DNA of 25,965 bases from Candidatus Cloacimonadota bacterium (GCA_029564175.1 JAKQQL010000464.1:1-25965), one strand, 5' to 3'. Numbered from the stretch's first letter, positions 8,407-19,029 are shown. Program-made: numbers and translations. The notes: generated by a model from the letters alone, not told the origin.

Positions 8407-10128
8407 ATGCAAAAAAGATGGGAAATAGCTGAAGAGATTTCTAAAGACTTGAAACAAAAAGCAAAAGCACTGACAACTGAGATACATTGTCCATTGTTGA
8501 TTGCTGAATTACTGGTACAAAAACAAATTGATAATAGTAGCAAAGTTGACGTTTTTTTCAAGCCAAAGCTTGATCAACTGTTAGATCCTTATCTTTTTAA
8601 ACAGATGTCAGTGAGTGTTGACAGAATTATAAGCGCAATTAACTCTGGAGAGAAAATCACGATTTATGGGGATTATGATGTCGATGGTACCACCTCAACT
8701 GCCCTACTCTTTCTTGGTTTAAAAAAAATCAATGCCGTAGTTGATTACTTTATTCCTCACCGGATGGTAGATGGGTATGGTCTTTCTACAAATGGACTTG
8801 AACAGTTGAAAGAAAAAGGAACAAAGCTGATTATAAGTGTTGATTGTGGAATCAATGCGATTGACGAGATAAACATTATCAATCAGATGGGTATGGAAAT
8901 CATTATCACAGACCATCATAATGCCAAAAGTATTCTGCCTGAAGCCTATGCGACAATTAATCCTAAACTTGAAGATTCAGGCTATCCAAATAAAGATCTT
9001 GCAGGGGTTGGAGTTGCTTATAAATTACTGATGGCAATTTATAAGAAACTGGGGCTGGATACCGTTGAAAACCAGATGAAATATCTTGATCTGGTGGCTG
9101 TAGGAACGATTGCAGACATCGTACCCCTTACAGGAGAAAACAGAGTATTCGCATCTCTGGGTATGGACAAACTGAAAGATCAGAAAAATATTGGTTTACG
9201 AGCACTTATGGAGATTGCTGGTATTGCCCAAAAAGACATTGATACCAGTGATATTGTATTCGGTATCGCTCCAAGAATCAATGCCGCAGGAAGAATGGGC
9301 TCAGCTATGCGAGCTGTAGAACTACTGATTGCTACTGATGAGCCCAAGAGTCATGAGCTTGCTGAAATTATTGAACGTGAAAACTCACTGAGACAGCAAA
9401 TTGACCAAAAAACATATCAGGAAGCCAATGAAATTATTGAAAAAAAATATAAAGATATCAAAAACACTTATTGTATGATTCTTTCATCTGATGACTGGCA
9501 TCCCGGTGTGATTGGTATTGTATCATCCAAACTGGTAGAAAGATACTATAGACCAACCATTATGATATCATATCATGAAGGCATTGGAAGCGGATCAGGA
9601 CGTAGTATCAGTGAAGTCGATTTGTTTGAAGCTTTATCTTCTATGGATGATGTTCTTGAAAGCTTTGGAGGACATAAGTACGCAGTCGGTTTGACTATCT
9701 TACCTGAATATATCGACACCTTCGAAAATAAACTGACACGCTATATCAAAGAACGAATCAGACCTGAAATGATGAAACCGGCATTGAAGATTGATAAAAA
9801 AATTGAACTGTACGAAATAACCAATAAACTGATGGAATGGCTAAACCATTTTTCACCCTTCGGGCCAGAAAATATGCCGCCTGTATTTTACACCAAAGAT
9901 GTCATGATTGTCGGATATCCTTATACTGTTGGACGAAATCATCTAAAACTTAAAGTAACAAAAGATGGATGTGTCCTCGATTTAATCGGATTTAACCTGG
10001 GCGATTTTTTACCAGTCCTTAAAAAAAATGCCTACATTGATATCTGTTTTACGCTTGATATGAATTTTTGGCAGGATAAAGTGACTTTCCAGGGTAATCT
10101 CAAAGACATCATTATCAAACAGGCATGA
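8407..10128 (+). CDS. recJ: Single-stranded-DNA-specific exonuclease RecJ
   Basis: Canonical GDYDVDG, VDCG, TDHH, GTIADIVPL, PRINAAGR, GSGRS, GGHKYAVG, PFGPEN, and a C-terminal OB-fold (NHLKLKV). ATG 8407 (MQKRW) after GAGGG is preferred over TTG 8371. Confidence 0.95.
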   Translation: MQKRWEIAEEISKDLKQKAKALTTEIHCPLLIAELLVQKQIDNSSKVDVFFKPKLDQLLDPYLFKQMSVSVDRIISAINSGEKITIYGDYDVDGTTSTALLFLGLKKINAVVDYFIPHRMVDGYGLSTNGLEQLKEKGTKLIISVDCGINAIDEINIINQMGMEIIITDHHNAKSILPEAYATINPKLEDSGYPNKDLAGVGVAYKLLMAIYKKLGLDTVENQMKYLDLVAVGTIADIVPLTGENRVFASLGMDKLKDQKNIGLRALMEIAGIAQKDIDTSDIVFGIAPRINAAGRMGSAMRAVELLIATDEPKSHELAEIIERENSLRQQIDQKTYQEANEIIEKKYKDIKNTYCMILSSDDWHPGVIGIVSSKLVERYYRPTIMISYHEGIGSGSGRSISEVDLFEALSSMDDVLESFGGHKYAVGLTILPEYIDTFENKLTRYIKERIRPEMMKPALKIDKKIELYEITNKLMEWLNHFSPFGPENMPPVFYTKDVMIVGYPYTVGRNHLKLKVTKDGCVLDLIGFNLGDFLPVLKKNAYIDICFTLDMNFWQDKVTFQGNLKDIIIKQA

Positions 10129-10967
10129 AATTGTATAGAATAATCGCTTTCTTAATCATCACTATTTCATTATTAATGAGCTCATGTGCTCATATCGAAG
10201 AAAACTATCTTTATGAAAATATCAATCCGGTATGGTCACCCAAAAAACTCGAACCCATACTGGTTCAACCCATTCGTTTTCCTGTCAAAAAAGCAATATT
10301 TTCTGAGCGGAATCAATCCTTGTACATTTTGGATGAAAACAATACAGAACTAACAATTTACAGAAACCAGAAGCTTGTTAACAGGATTGGCAGAAATTCA
10401 TCAGGCACCGGTACAATACAGAGAATATCTGATATTGCGCTTGCTAAAGATGGAAATCTCTGGTTACTGGATAATTTTCAGAAAAAACTCTACAAGATAG
10501 ATTTTAACGGGATGATACTCTCTCATTTTACGCTCACTGAACCTTTAAACCCTACTCAATTTATAATTGACGAATACAATAGTCTAATCATTTACGATAA
10601 AGGTAGAAATGAATTGATGGTTTATGAATCTCTCAGTTTAAAATATATCTACTCTTTTGCTAGAATGATGTTTGTTGAACCTTTGAGCCTTTCTGCCGTT
10701 AAAGACCGTATATGGATTTATGACAAAGGGCAAAATAAAACTTTTGCATTTCTTACAACCGGCAAATTAATTTTTGAGATGTCTGGACAATGGTTTTATG
10801 ACACTCATCTCAACTTATTTCAATATGAGCATTCTGCACTTCAAAATAAATCAAACCACTTTATCAGTCCACTCAATTACTTAAATAGAGACACAATCTC
10901 TACAGAAGGGCATTTTATAACACATACCGGAGAAAATCAAATCAATGTCTATGAAATTAAGTATTAA
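10125..10967 (+). CDS. Putative lipoprotein, NHL/beta-propeller-like
   Basis: Lipobox LLMSSC. Blade-like repeats LYILDENN, ISDIALAKDGNLWLLDNFQ, LIIYDKGRN, IWIYDKGQN. ATGA overlap with recJ. Confidence 0.65.
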   Translation: MKLYRIIAFLIITISLLMSSCAHIEENYLYENINPVWSPKKLEPILVQPIRFPVKKAIFSERNQSLYILDENNTELTIYRNQKLVNRIGRNSSGTGTIQRISDIALAKDGNLWLLDNFQKKLYKIDFNGMILSHFTLTEPLNPTQFIIDEYNSLIIYDKGRNELMVYESLSLKYIYSFARMMFVEPLSLSAVKDRIWIYDKGQNKTFAFLTTGKLIFEMSGQWFYDTHLNLFQYEHSALQNKSNHFISPLNYLNRDTISTEGHFITHTGENQINVYEIKY

Positions 10968-12513
10968 AAATACAGAAAGCTACCTCTGTGTCATCATATC
11001 TGCTATTCTTTGCGGGATAAGCAGGTTTGATCTGCCTTTAGATTTTATGATTTTTTTCGCTATCATTCCTATTTTCAGGTACTTCCAGCTAACAACTACC
11101 GAGTATAAAAGCAGATCTTTAAAAAACAATATTTTTCGTTCATTTATACATGCTTCGATTTACAGTACGATTTTCCTTTTGATTAGTGTCCATTGGATAT
11201 CACTGGTTACAATACCTGGTTTTATCGGAATTCTCTTTTTATATGCTTTTTATTATACCGTCTTTTTTAGCATTTTAAATTATGGAATTAGCAGAAATCC
11301 TGCACATTTACCTCAATTTATCATACTGGGTTTTATCAGTTTAGAACTAATCCTCAGCTATGGTCCCTTTAAGTTTCCATGGTTAAATCTTGGATATTCA
11401 TTAACACACAGTCGATACCTCATACAAGCACTTGAAATTGGAGGCGTATATTTACTTTCTACTTTGATTCTGGTAGTAAATTACCTTCTTTTCAGCATCA
11501 TAACAGGTCTTAAAAACAAGGAAAATTCAATAAAACGTTTATCACTTTGTTTAGTAATTTTAATCTCTTCATGGTGGGGTTTTGGTTATTGTCGCTATCA
11601 TCACCTGAATACAGTTAAAAAGAAAGCAAAAGCAGGTATTGTACAGGTAAGTATTCCTCAGGAAATGAAATGGAATCCAGCCTTTATTGACAGTACTCTG
11701 ACAATGTACGAACAAAAAAGCAAAGAATTAGTGAAAGAGAATGCGGTTGATTTAGTGATTTGGCCAGAAGCGGCAGTTCCTCTGTATTTGATGCAATGGC
11801 AGGAAAGTTTAAACCGGATGCTTTTCTTTACTCACTCAACTGGTGTGAATATATTTACAGGTTTTCCTCATTTTGTAGAAGGGGTAAAATACCCTCAACA
11901 ACCGGAGCCTTATCTATTTTACAATTCTGCCAGTCAGTTTAAACCCTATATGCAGTATGATTCTTTGTATAGTAAAAATCAACTTGTACCTTTTGGAGAA
12001 AGAATCCCATTTCTGGAATATTTCCCAATTCTATGGAAGCTTCAGTTTGGACAGGCCAATTTTGAAAGAGGCGGGCAGTATCGCTATTATCAGGTTAAAG
12101 ATGCCTTATATTCTCCGCTGATATGCTATGAAGTACTTTTTCCAGATTATGTACGTAAGATGATGGATAAACCAGTCGATTTCATAGTAAATATTACGAA
12201 TGATGCCTGGTTTAAAAAATCAGTTGGCACTTATCAACATAAAATGATTACTGTGTTTCGAGCAGTTGAAAGCCGAAGACCTGTTTTTCGCTCAGCAAAT
12301 ACCGGCTATTCAGTGATAATCAATCCTCGTGGAGATATTGAAAAAGAACTGATTTTGTATGAAAAAGGGACAATTTCTGCTCAGATTGAGAGCTGTGAGC
12401 TGAAGAGTGTTTACCATAGAATTGGTTTTATACTGCCATTTTTAGGACTTTTTTTATTTTTTATAGAATTTATTTTGACAATTTTTACAAAAAATGGTAA
12501 ATGTGCATTATGA
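10945..12513 (+). CDS. lnt: Apolipoprotein N-acyltransferase
   Basis: N-terminal TM helices, FPWLNLGY, VIWPEAA (Glu), YSKNQLVPFGE (Lys), ICYE (Cys), TNDAWF, QH, RSANTGYS. Start may be 10951. Confidence 0.95.
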   Translation: MSMKLSIKNTESYLCVIISAILCGISRFDLPLDFMIFFAIIPIFRYFQLTTTEYKSRSLKNNIFRSFIHASIYSTIFLLISVHWISLVTIPGFIGILFLYAFYYTVFFSILNYGISRNPAHLPQFIILGFISLELILSYGPFKFPWLNLGYSLTHSRYLIQALEIGGVYLLSTLILVVNYLLFSIITGLKNKENSIKRLSLCLVILISSWWGFGYCRYHHLNTVKKKAKAGIVQVSIPQEMKWNPAFIDSTLTMYEQKSKELVKENAVDLVIWPEAAVPLYLMQWQESLNRMLFFTHSTGVNIFTGFPHFVEGVKYPQQPEPYLFYNSASQFKPYMQYDSLYSKNQLVPFGERIPFLEYFPILWKLQFGQANFERGGQYRYYQVKDALYSPLICYEVLFPDYVRKMMDKPVDFIVNITNDAWFKKSVGTYQHKMITVFRAVESRRPVFRSANTGYSVIINPRGDIEKELILYEKGTISAQIESCELKSVYHRIGFILPFLGLFLFFIEFILTIFTKNGKCAL

Positions 12514-12866
12514 AAAAGAAATTATATTATTCGATAGGTGAAGTATGTGAGTTGATAGATGTAAAATCTCACATTATTCGTTACTGGGAAAGTGAAATAC
12601 CCCGTCTCAAACCTAAAACTGCCAATGTGCGTAATCGTCGGTATGACGAAAAAGATATTGCGCTTTTGAAGCTTTTAAAAGAACTGATTTACGAAAAGAA
12701 ATACACTCTTGAAGGCGCAAAGATTGCAATTAATGAGTATAAAAAGGCAGACAAAACAGTCAAAAAAGAAAAAAAAGAGATTGCTCATGAAGCAGCGATA
12801 AACGTTTCAAAAGAAGCGCTGCTTGAACAGCTCAAAGAAATAAGAAATTTTTTAATGAATAAATAA
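12510..12866 (+). CDS. MerR-family HTH transcriptional regulator (short, no effector domain)
   Basis: YYSIGEVCELIDVKSHIIRYWESE...RNRRYDEKDI...YTLEGAK. ATG 12510 overlaps the lnt stop (ATGA). Confidence 0.9.
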   Translation: MKKKLYYSIGEVCELIDVKSHIIRYWESEIPRLKPKTANVRNRRYDEKDIALLKLLKELIYEKKYTLEGAKIAINEYKKADKTVKKEKKEIAHEAAINVSKEALLEQLKEIRNFLMNK

Positions 12867-12876
12867 CGAGGTAAGT

Positions 12877-13407
12877 ATGCAATGGTATATTGATATTGTG
12901 ACAAAATGTCCAATACTAAGTGCAATGGTTCAATTCGCAATTTTAGGTACACTTGGAGATATGATAGCGAAATGGAGCCAGGCAAAAAAGATTTACATGC
13001 CCTTTTCTTTTCCAATGACTTTATGGAAAATGATTGAATGGGCATTCCTGGCAATCCTGATAAAGTACGCCTTTGTCGGATTTCAGGGATTTGTAGATGG
13101 TTTGATTGAGCACAATATGTTAACTGCTTTTATGCAAACAGGTGGCATTGGTCGCGCATTTATCGTTTCTTTTCTGATGAATGCTCAATTTGGTATCTTA
13201 CTGGTATTGTTACACAGGATACTAGATTATCTTCCTGTAGGTAAAGTGAACTGGAACGGCATCAATAAAGGTATTTATTCACTTTTCTGGTTTTGGATTC
13301 CAGCACACACAGTCACATTTACATTGCCCAGACCATTTCAAATTGGTTTAGCCGCTTTATGGTCACTGGTACTAGGTCTGATTTTAGGGCTTTTTAATAA
13401 AAAATAA
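12877..13407 (+). CDS. Mpv17/PMP22-family membrane protein
   Basis: Hydrophobic helices, N-terminal LGTLGDMIA, C-terminal FWIPAHTVTF..P....Q.....LWS. GAGG RBS. Confidence 0.7.
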   Translation: MQWYIDIVTKCPILSAMVQFAILGTLGDMIAKWSQAKKIYMPFSFPMTLWKMIEWAFLAILIKYAFVGFQGFVDGLIEHNMLTAFMQTGGIGRAFIVSFLMNAQFGILLVLLHRILDYLPVGKVNWNGINKGIYSLFWFWIPAHTVTFTLPRPFQIGLAALWSLVLGLILGLFNKK

Positions 13408-13508
13408 TTGCCATACGAGCTAAATGATATATATTATCAAACAGGAGTATAATCAAGAAATGATAAATGGGGAAAGCTTAAGGCTTGAAAGCCAATTAAG
13501 GAGTAACA

Positions 13509-14006
13509 ATGAGTGACGGGGATATTCGTAAAAGCTTCTATCATGATGGTACATTACATTCATTAGAAATCTTTCATGATGATAAACGTAATGGTATATG
13601 TAAATGGTACTATGAAAACGGAACTCTTGAAGCAGAAATCTCTTTTCTGGAAGATAAGAGAGATGGACTTTATAAATCTTTTTATGAATCAGGCGCTCTC
13701 TGGCAGGAAGCCTATTACAAAAATGACCTGCAAGACGGTTTAACCCGCTGGTATTATGAAAATCAAAGTCTGGCTGCAGAAGTCAATTATTCAAATGGTG
13801 TCCTGGAAGGTCAAACAAAATGGTATTATGAAAACAGAAAACTGAAGCTGGTAGAAGAATTCAAAAATGGTAAACTTGACGGAAAATCTGTTGGATATGA
13901 TGAAAATGCCAATATTCTCTTTGAAGAAGAATATAAAGAAGGCATAAAAATGGCATGCAGACGCTTTGATTCAGAAGGTAATATCATACAATCTCAATCA
14001 TTTTAA
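13509..14006 (+). CDS. MORN-variant repeat protein (YwqK-like)
   Basis: About six 24-aa repeats of the G..kwYyEnG.L..e..y.ng..d type. AAGGAG RBS. Confidence 0.85.
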   Translation: MSDGDIRKSFYHDGTLHSLEIFHDDKRNGICKWYYENGTLEAEISFLEDKRDGLYKSFYESGALWQEAYYKNDLQDGLTRWYYENQSLAAEVNYSNGVLEGQTKWYYENRKLKLVEEFKNGKLDGKSVGYDENANILFEEEYKEGIKMACRRFDSEGNIIQSQSF

Positions 14007-14028
14007 AAAATAAAAAGGAGTATTTAGA

Positions 14029-14592
14029 ATGAAAAAATCATGGATAGTGATTATTGTAATTGTCGTGCTTTTATTTATGGCCGGAAATTTCTTTATTTCC
14101 CGCTTTAATAAAATGCGAGTGATGGAAACAGAAGTAAAAAATTCATGGGCTGAAGTTGATAATCAGTTAACCAGACGTTATGAGTTAATACCAAATTTGG
14201 TTGAAACAGTCAAAGGTTATGCAAAATTTGAAAAAGAAGTACTGACTGAAGTTACTGAAATGCGTTCAAGAGTAGGCTCAGCACAGACTATTCCTGATAA
14301 AATGAATTCCAATAACCAGTTATCATCTGCTTTAGGCAGATTGATGGTTGTCGTTGAAAAATACCCTGAGTTAAAAGCTAACCAAAATTTTATGGCTTTA
14401 CAGGATGAACTGGCTGGAACAGAAAATCGCCTGAGTGTTGCACGTAAACGTTATAACGATACAGTCACTTCTTTTAATCAGTATCTGGTAGTTTTCCCTA
14501 ATAACATTTTAGCAAATTTCTATAATATTAAAGCTGCAGAATTGTTTAAAGCACCTGAAGCAGCAGCTACTGCTCCTAAAGTAACTTTTTAA
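14029..14592 (+). CDS. lemA: LemA family protein
   Basis: N-terminal TM, QLTRRYELIPNLVETVKGYA, YPELKANQNF, LAGTENR, ARKRYN, FPNNILA. Confidence 0.95.
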   Translation: MKKSWIVIIVIVVLLFMAGNFFISRFNKMRVMETEVKNSWAEVDNQLTRRYELIPNLVETVKGYAKFEKEVLTEVTEMRSRVGSAQTIPDKMNSNNQLSSALGRLMVVVEKYPELKANQNFMALQDELAGTENRLSVARKRYNDTVTSFNQYLVVFPNNILANFYNIKAAELFKAPEAAATAPKVTF

Positions 14593-14612
14593 TCATTAAA
14601 ATTTAAATTTAA

Positions 14613-14641
14613 GGGAAGCTCTATGGAGTTTCCCCATTTTT
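14613..14641 (+). terminator. Probable intrinsic terminator
   Basis: GGGAAGCTC-TATG-GAGTTTCCC hairpin (one G-U pair) followed by CATTTTT. Confidence 0.6.
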
Positions 14642-14659
14642 ATTCTTATTTCAAAGTTT

Positions 14660-15703
14660 ATGAATTTGCACAGAATGATTAAAAAACACCTTCTTAATCG
14701 AAGTGTGTTATCTTATGGGTTATATCCTTTATCTTTAATCTATGCCATGATAATTAAAATCAGACGTTGCTGGTATTCAGATAAAGCGTATCAATGCTCT
14801 AATATAAAGCTGATCTGTGTTGGTAATATCAGTTCAGGTGGGACAGGAAAGACTCCCTTTGTCATTTTTTTAGCAAAGTACCTGCAAAGTATCGGTTTAA
14901 AACCTGCAATCATTAGCAGAGGTTATAAGGGAGCATTTGAACATCAAAACAAGATAATTTGTGATGAACATGGACTTCGACCTGAAGCATCTTTAGCAGG
15001 TGATGAACCCTATTTGATTGCCCGTCATCTCAAAAACATTCTGATAATTGTAGGTAAAAACCGAATTCATTCATTAGAAATTATCAAAAAGCAAAAAAGT
15101 ATTCCAGACATTGTCATTTTTGATGATGCCTTTCAGCATGTAAAAATCAGATATGATTATACTTTTCTGGTGTTTAACGGAGAAAAACCTGTTGGAAATG
15201 GATTTAATTTACCTGCAGGCATATTAAGAGAGCCTGTTTCCCATACAAAGCTAGCAGACTTTTTGGTATATAATGCATATGAGTCAATACCTTCGGTTTT
15301 AAAGCAATTTGAAAAACCGGTATTACGGGTTCAGTATCAGATTACCTGTTTAACTGATATTCATGGTAATGTCATTTCTGACCTGGCTCAGAAAAAAATT
15401 GCGTTATTAAGTGCAATAGGAGTCCCTGCAGCATTCGAAAAAACAATTCGGCACATGAATATCAACTTTGATAAACACTACATTTATCCTGATCATTATG
15501 CTTTTAATGACATGAATGAAATTGAAAAAATCAGACAAACGATAACTGATTCAAAAACAGATTATATCATTTGTACAGAAAAAGATTTTTCTAAGTTAGA
15601 AAAAATAGCTCATAATCTCCCTTTGTTAATAGCCTGTTCAGAATTTAAACTGGCTTCAGAGGATTATGCTTTCCTAAATCTGACATTTAAAACTAACAAG
15701 TAA
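14660..15703 (+). CDS. lpxK: Tetraacyldisaccharide 4'-kinase
   Basis: VGNISSGGTGKTP, SRGYKG, GDEP, DDAFQH, LPAGILRE, PDHY, TEKD. Confidence 0.95.
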   Translation: MNLHRMIKKHLLNRSVLSYGLYPLSLIYAMIIKIRRCWYSDKAYQCSNIKLICVGNISSGGTGKTPFVIFLAKYLQSIGLKPAIISRGYKGAFEHQNKIICDEHGLRPEASLAGDEPYLIARHLKNILIIVGKNRIHSLEIIKKQKSIPDIVIFDDAFQHVKIRYDYTFLVFNGEKPVGNGFNLPAGILREPVSHTKLADFLVYNAYESIPSVLKQFEKPVLRVQYQITCLTDIHGNVISDLAQKKIALLSAIGVPAAFEKTIRHMNINFDKHYIYPDHYAFNDMNEIEKIRQTITDSKTDYIICTEKDFSKLEKIAHNLPLLIACSEFKLASEDYAFLNLTFKTNK

Positions 15704-15797
15704 AACATGAGGAAAAAATATATTGACTTATAAACTCACTTTGCTTTTTTTACACTAAAGGCTTATAAAAAACTAAATATGACAATTGAGGTAGAAA

Positions 15798-17087
15798 ATG
15801 AGAATTATGAAATACATTATCAGTCTTTTAGCACTTATGCTTTTGCTATCTTGCACGAATCATAATAAAGTGACTCATGATAAAATTGAGATAAAATTCT
15901 GGCATGCTTTAGGAGGTCCTCTGGGTGATGCGTTAACTCAATTAGTGGATGAGTTTAACAGAACTCACGAGGATATTTATGTTCGTGTGATTTCTATGGG
16001 GAATTATCAGGCTTTATCTCAAAAACTGATGGCATCTCTTCAGGCTGATAATCAACCTGAACTGGCACAGGTTTTTGAATCCTGGACAGCGAATTTTATT
16101 GAGGGTGACGTGTTAGTGCCGATGGATGATTTTATCAATAGTGACCCCACTTTTAAAGTTCAAATGGATGACTTTTACCCTGTTTTTATCAAAAGCAATA
16201 CAATTAATGGAAAGATTTGGTCTTTTCCTTTCAATAAATCACTTAGAGTTCTTTTCTATAATAAAGATGCCTTTTATCGTGCTGGTCTTGATCATGAGAA
16301 AGCACCTGTAACATGGAATGATTTCAGACAATATGCAAAACGCTTAAGCCAGGATAATAACAATGATGGAACCTATGATATCTACGGTTCTACTTTTGCC
16401 ATTAGTGCATGGCAGTTTGAAAACTTGCTTTTACAAGCAGGTGGAAGAATAATGAATGAGGATTACACTACTGCTATGTTTAACAGTCCTGAAGGTATTG
16501 AAGCAATTAATTTTATGTCAACCCTTCTTAATCAGGATAAAACAGTCTATTTGTCAACTGGCTACGAAGGTCAGAATGACTTTTTATCTGGCAAAGTAGC
16601 AATGCTGGAAAGTTCCAGTGTTTCATACGCTTATATGCAAGAATCAGGCATTCCCTTCAATCTAGGCGTATCAGCTATACCTGTTTACAAAAACAATAAA
16701 TCAATCGTCAGTGGAACTAATGTCGCCATTTTTAAATCAAAAGACAAGAAAAAGGAAGATGCTGCATGGGAGTTTATCAAATGGTTTACCGATACAAAAC
16801 AGACAGCAAGATTTTCAGAAATGACGTATTATATGCCTATCCGTAAAAGTGCCATGCAAGAAGCAAATATACAGGCTATGCTTGCTGAAAATAAAGGTCT
16901 GGCTGAAGTATATGCTCAGCTGGAAAGTGCAGAATATGAACCTCAGATTCCTGAATGGTTTGAACTACGTAAATACATTGAGGAACAGGTCATTGAAAAA
17001 GTATTTCGAAACACACTCCAGGCTAAACAAGCATTGGATACAGCCGCTAAAAAATTAAACGAAGATATTAAGAAAAAGAATAAATAG
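15798..17087 (+). CDS. ABC transporter solute-binding lipoprotein (UgpB/sugar family 1)
   Basis: Lipobox LLLSC, IKFWHALGG, PFNKSLRVLFYNKD, PVTWND, FLSGKVAM, AAWEFIKW, TYYMPIRKSA. Confidence 0.9.
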   Translation: MRIMKYIISLLALMLLLSCTNHNKVTHDKIEIKFWHALGGPLGDALTQLVDEFNRTHEDIYVRVISMGNYQALSQKLMASLQADNQPELAQVFESWTANFIEGDVLVPMDDFINSDPTFKVQMDDFYPVFIKSNTINGKIWSFPFNKSLRVLFYNKDAFYRAGLDHEKAPVTWNDFRQYAKRLSQDNNNDGTYDIYGSTFAISAWQFENLLLQAGGRIMNEDYTTAMFNSPEGIEAINFMSTLLNQDKTVYLSTGYEGQNDFLSGKVAMLESSSVSYAYMQESGIPFNLGVSAIPVYKNNKSIVSGTNVAIFKSKDKKKEDAAWEFIKWFTDTKQTARFSEMTYYMPIRKSAMQEANIQAMLAENKGLAEVYAQLESAEYEPQIPEWFELRKYIEEQVIEKVFRNTLQAKQALDTAAKKLNEDIKKKNK

Positions 17088-17095
17088 GAGTTATT

Positions 17096-19021
17096 ATGAT
17101 TAAAGTAACATTTCCTGATAAAAGCATAAAGGAATTCCCCGAAGGGATTAGCCCTGAAGAAATTGCAGAAGGAATAAGCCATAATCTGGCTCTGAAAGTA
17201 GTTGCTGCTGAATTTAACGGCAAAATGATCGATTACAATGAAAAATTAACTGAAGATGGAGAAATAATCCTTCATACATTTGACACTGAAAAAGGTAAAG
17301 AAGTGTTCTGGCATAGTACTTCTCATTTAATGGCTCAGGCAGTTAAAGAACTTTATCCAAAAGTTAAAGTAACCATAGGACCTGCAATTGAAAATGGATT
17401 TTACTATGATTTTGACAGAGAAGAGGCATTTTCTGACGAAGAACTGGAAAAAATCGAGAAGAAAATGTATGATTTAGCGAAGAAAGAGCTGGTTTATACC
17501 CGTAAAATTGTCTCACGTGAAGAAGCCATCAATATTTTCAACAACATGGGTGAAACTTATAAGGTAGAGATTCTCAATGAAATCCCTGAAGATCAAACTA
17601 TTTCAATGTACACTCAAGGATCATTTACAGATTTGTGCCGTGGACCTCATGTAATCAATACAGGTAAGCTAAAAGCCTTTAAATTGTTAAAAACTTCAGG
17701 CGCTTACTGGCGTGGAGATGAGAAAAACAAGATGCTCAAACGAATCTATGGTATCAGTTTCCCTTCCAAAAAAGAATTGACCGAATACCTGAACAAACTT
17801 GAAGAAGCGAAAAAAAGAGACCATAGAAAGATTGCGAAAGACCTTGATTTATTTTCTATTTCCGATGAAATCGGTGCAGGACTTGTCTTGTGGCATCCTA
17901 ATGGCGCTATGATGAGACATTTAATAGAATCCCACTGGAAATCAAGACATATCAAATCAGGTTACAGTCTGGTTAACACACCTCATATCGGACGTGCAGA
18001 ACTCTGGAATACTTCTGGCCACCTTGGATTTTACAGTGATTCCATGTATGCGCCAATGGTCGTTGATGAACAGGATTATTATATCAAACCAATGAACTGC
18101 CCATTTCATATTGCCATCTATAAATCTCAAAAAAGAAGCTACAAAGAACTGCCGCTTAAATACTGCGAATTAGGTACAGTATATCGTTACGAACGCTCTG
18201 GTGTTTTACATGGATTAATGCGTGTCAGAGGCTTTACACAAGATGATGCACATATTATCTGTACTTCTGAACAGCTAATGGAAGAAATCGAAAAAACTGT
18301 AGAATTTTCAATTTCAATGTTAAATGACTTTGGTTTCAAAGATTTCCAGATTTATCTGTCAACGAAACCTGAAAAATCAGTAGGAGAAACAGAAGACTGG
18401 GAAAAAGCAACCCATGCACTTGAAAATGCACTTCATAAACTGAATCTGGCTTATGATGTGGATCAGGGTGGTGGTGCGTTCTATGGCCCTAAAATTGATA
18501 TTAAGATTAAAGATGCGCTTGGTCGTTCATGGCAGTGCAGTACCATTCAGTTTGACTTTAATCTGCCAACCCGTTTTAATATGGAGTACGTTGGCTCTGA
18601 CAATCAGACTCACAGACCTTTCATGGTTCACAGAGCATTACTGGGCTCAATTGAAAGATTCTTTGGTACCTTGATAGAGCATTATGCTGGTAATTTCCCA
18701 ACCTGGTTATGTCCTGTTCAAGGTATTATTCTAACGATTTCAGAAAATTACGAACACTATGCAAGACGTATCCAAAAACGTTTCCTTGAACATAACATTA
18801 GAATGGAATTTGATAATCGCAGTGAAAAAATCGGTTATAAAATCAGAGAAGCTGAAATGAAAAAAATTCCTTATATTCTTGTAATCGGTGAAAAAGAGGA
18901 AGATACAAACACTGTTTCTTTGAGAAAACATACTCAGGGAGACTTAGGTTCTCAGGAAATCAATGCAGTCATTGACTTGATTAAAAAAGACATTGAGAGT
19001 GTAAATCCTCATCAAAAATAA
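17096..19021 (+). CDS. thrS: Threonine--tRNA ligase
   Basis: TGS domain, HSTSHLMAQA, DLCRGPH, GAYWRGD, RDHRK, KPMNCPFH, RVRGFTQDDAH, FYGPKID, HRALLGSIERF. Confidence 0.99.
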   Translation: MIKVTFPDKSIKEFPEGISPEEIAEGISHNLALKVVAAEFNGKMIDYNEKLTEDGEIILHTFDTEKGKEVFWHSTSHLMAQAVKELYPKVKVTIGPAIENGFYYDFDREEAFSDEELEKIEKKMYDLAKKELVYTRKIVSREEAINIFNNMGETYKVEILNEIPEDQTISMYTQGSFTDLCRGPHVINTGKLKAFKLLKTSGAYWRGDEKNKMLKRIYGISFPSKKELTEYLNKLEEAKKRDHRKIAKDLDLFSISDEIGAGLVLWHPNGAMMRHLIESHWKSRHIKSGYSLVNTPHIGRAELWNTSGHLGFYSDSMYAPMVVDEQDYYIKPMNCPFHIAIYKSQKRSYKELPLKYCELGTVYRYERSGVLHGLMRVRGFTQDDAHIICTSEQLMEEIEKTVEFSISMLNDFGFKDFQIYLSTKPEKSVGETEDWEKATHALENALHKLNLAYDVDQGGGAFYGPKIDIKIKDALGRSWQCSTIQFDFNLPTRFNMEYVGSDNQTHRPFMVHRALLGSIERFFGTLIEHYAGNFPTWLCPVQGIILTISENYEHYARRIQKRFLEHNIRMEFDNRSEKIGYKIREAEMKKIPYILVIGEKEEDTNTVSLRKHTQGDLGSQEINAVIDLIKKDIESVNPHQK

Positions 19022-19029
19022 AGTACTTT

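Noticed and set aside
13509..14006. Toxin-antitoxin locus implied by the YwqK-like label
   Set aside because: No toxin gene is adjacent, and MORN-variant repeats are a generic scaffold.
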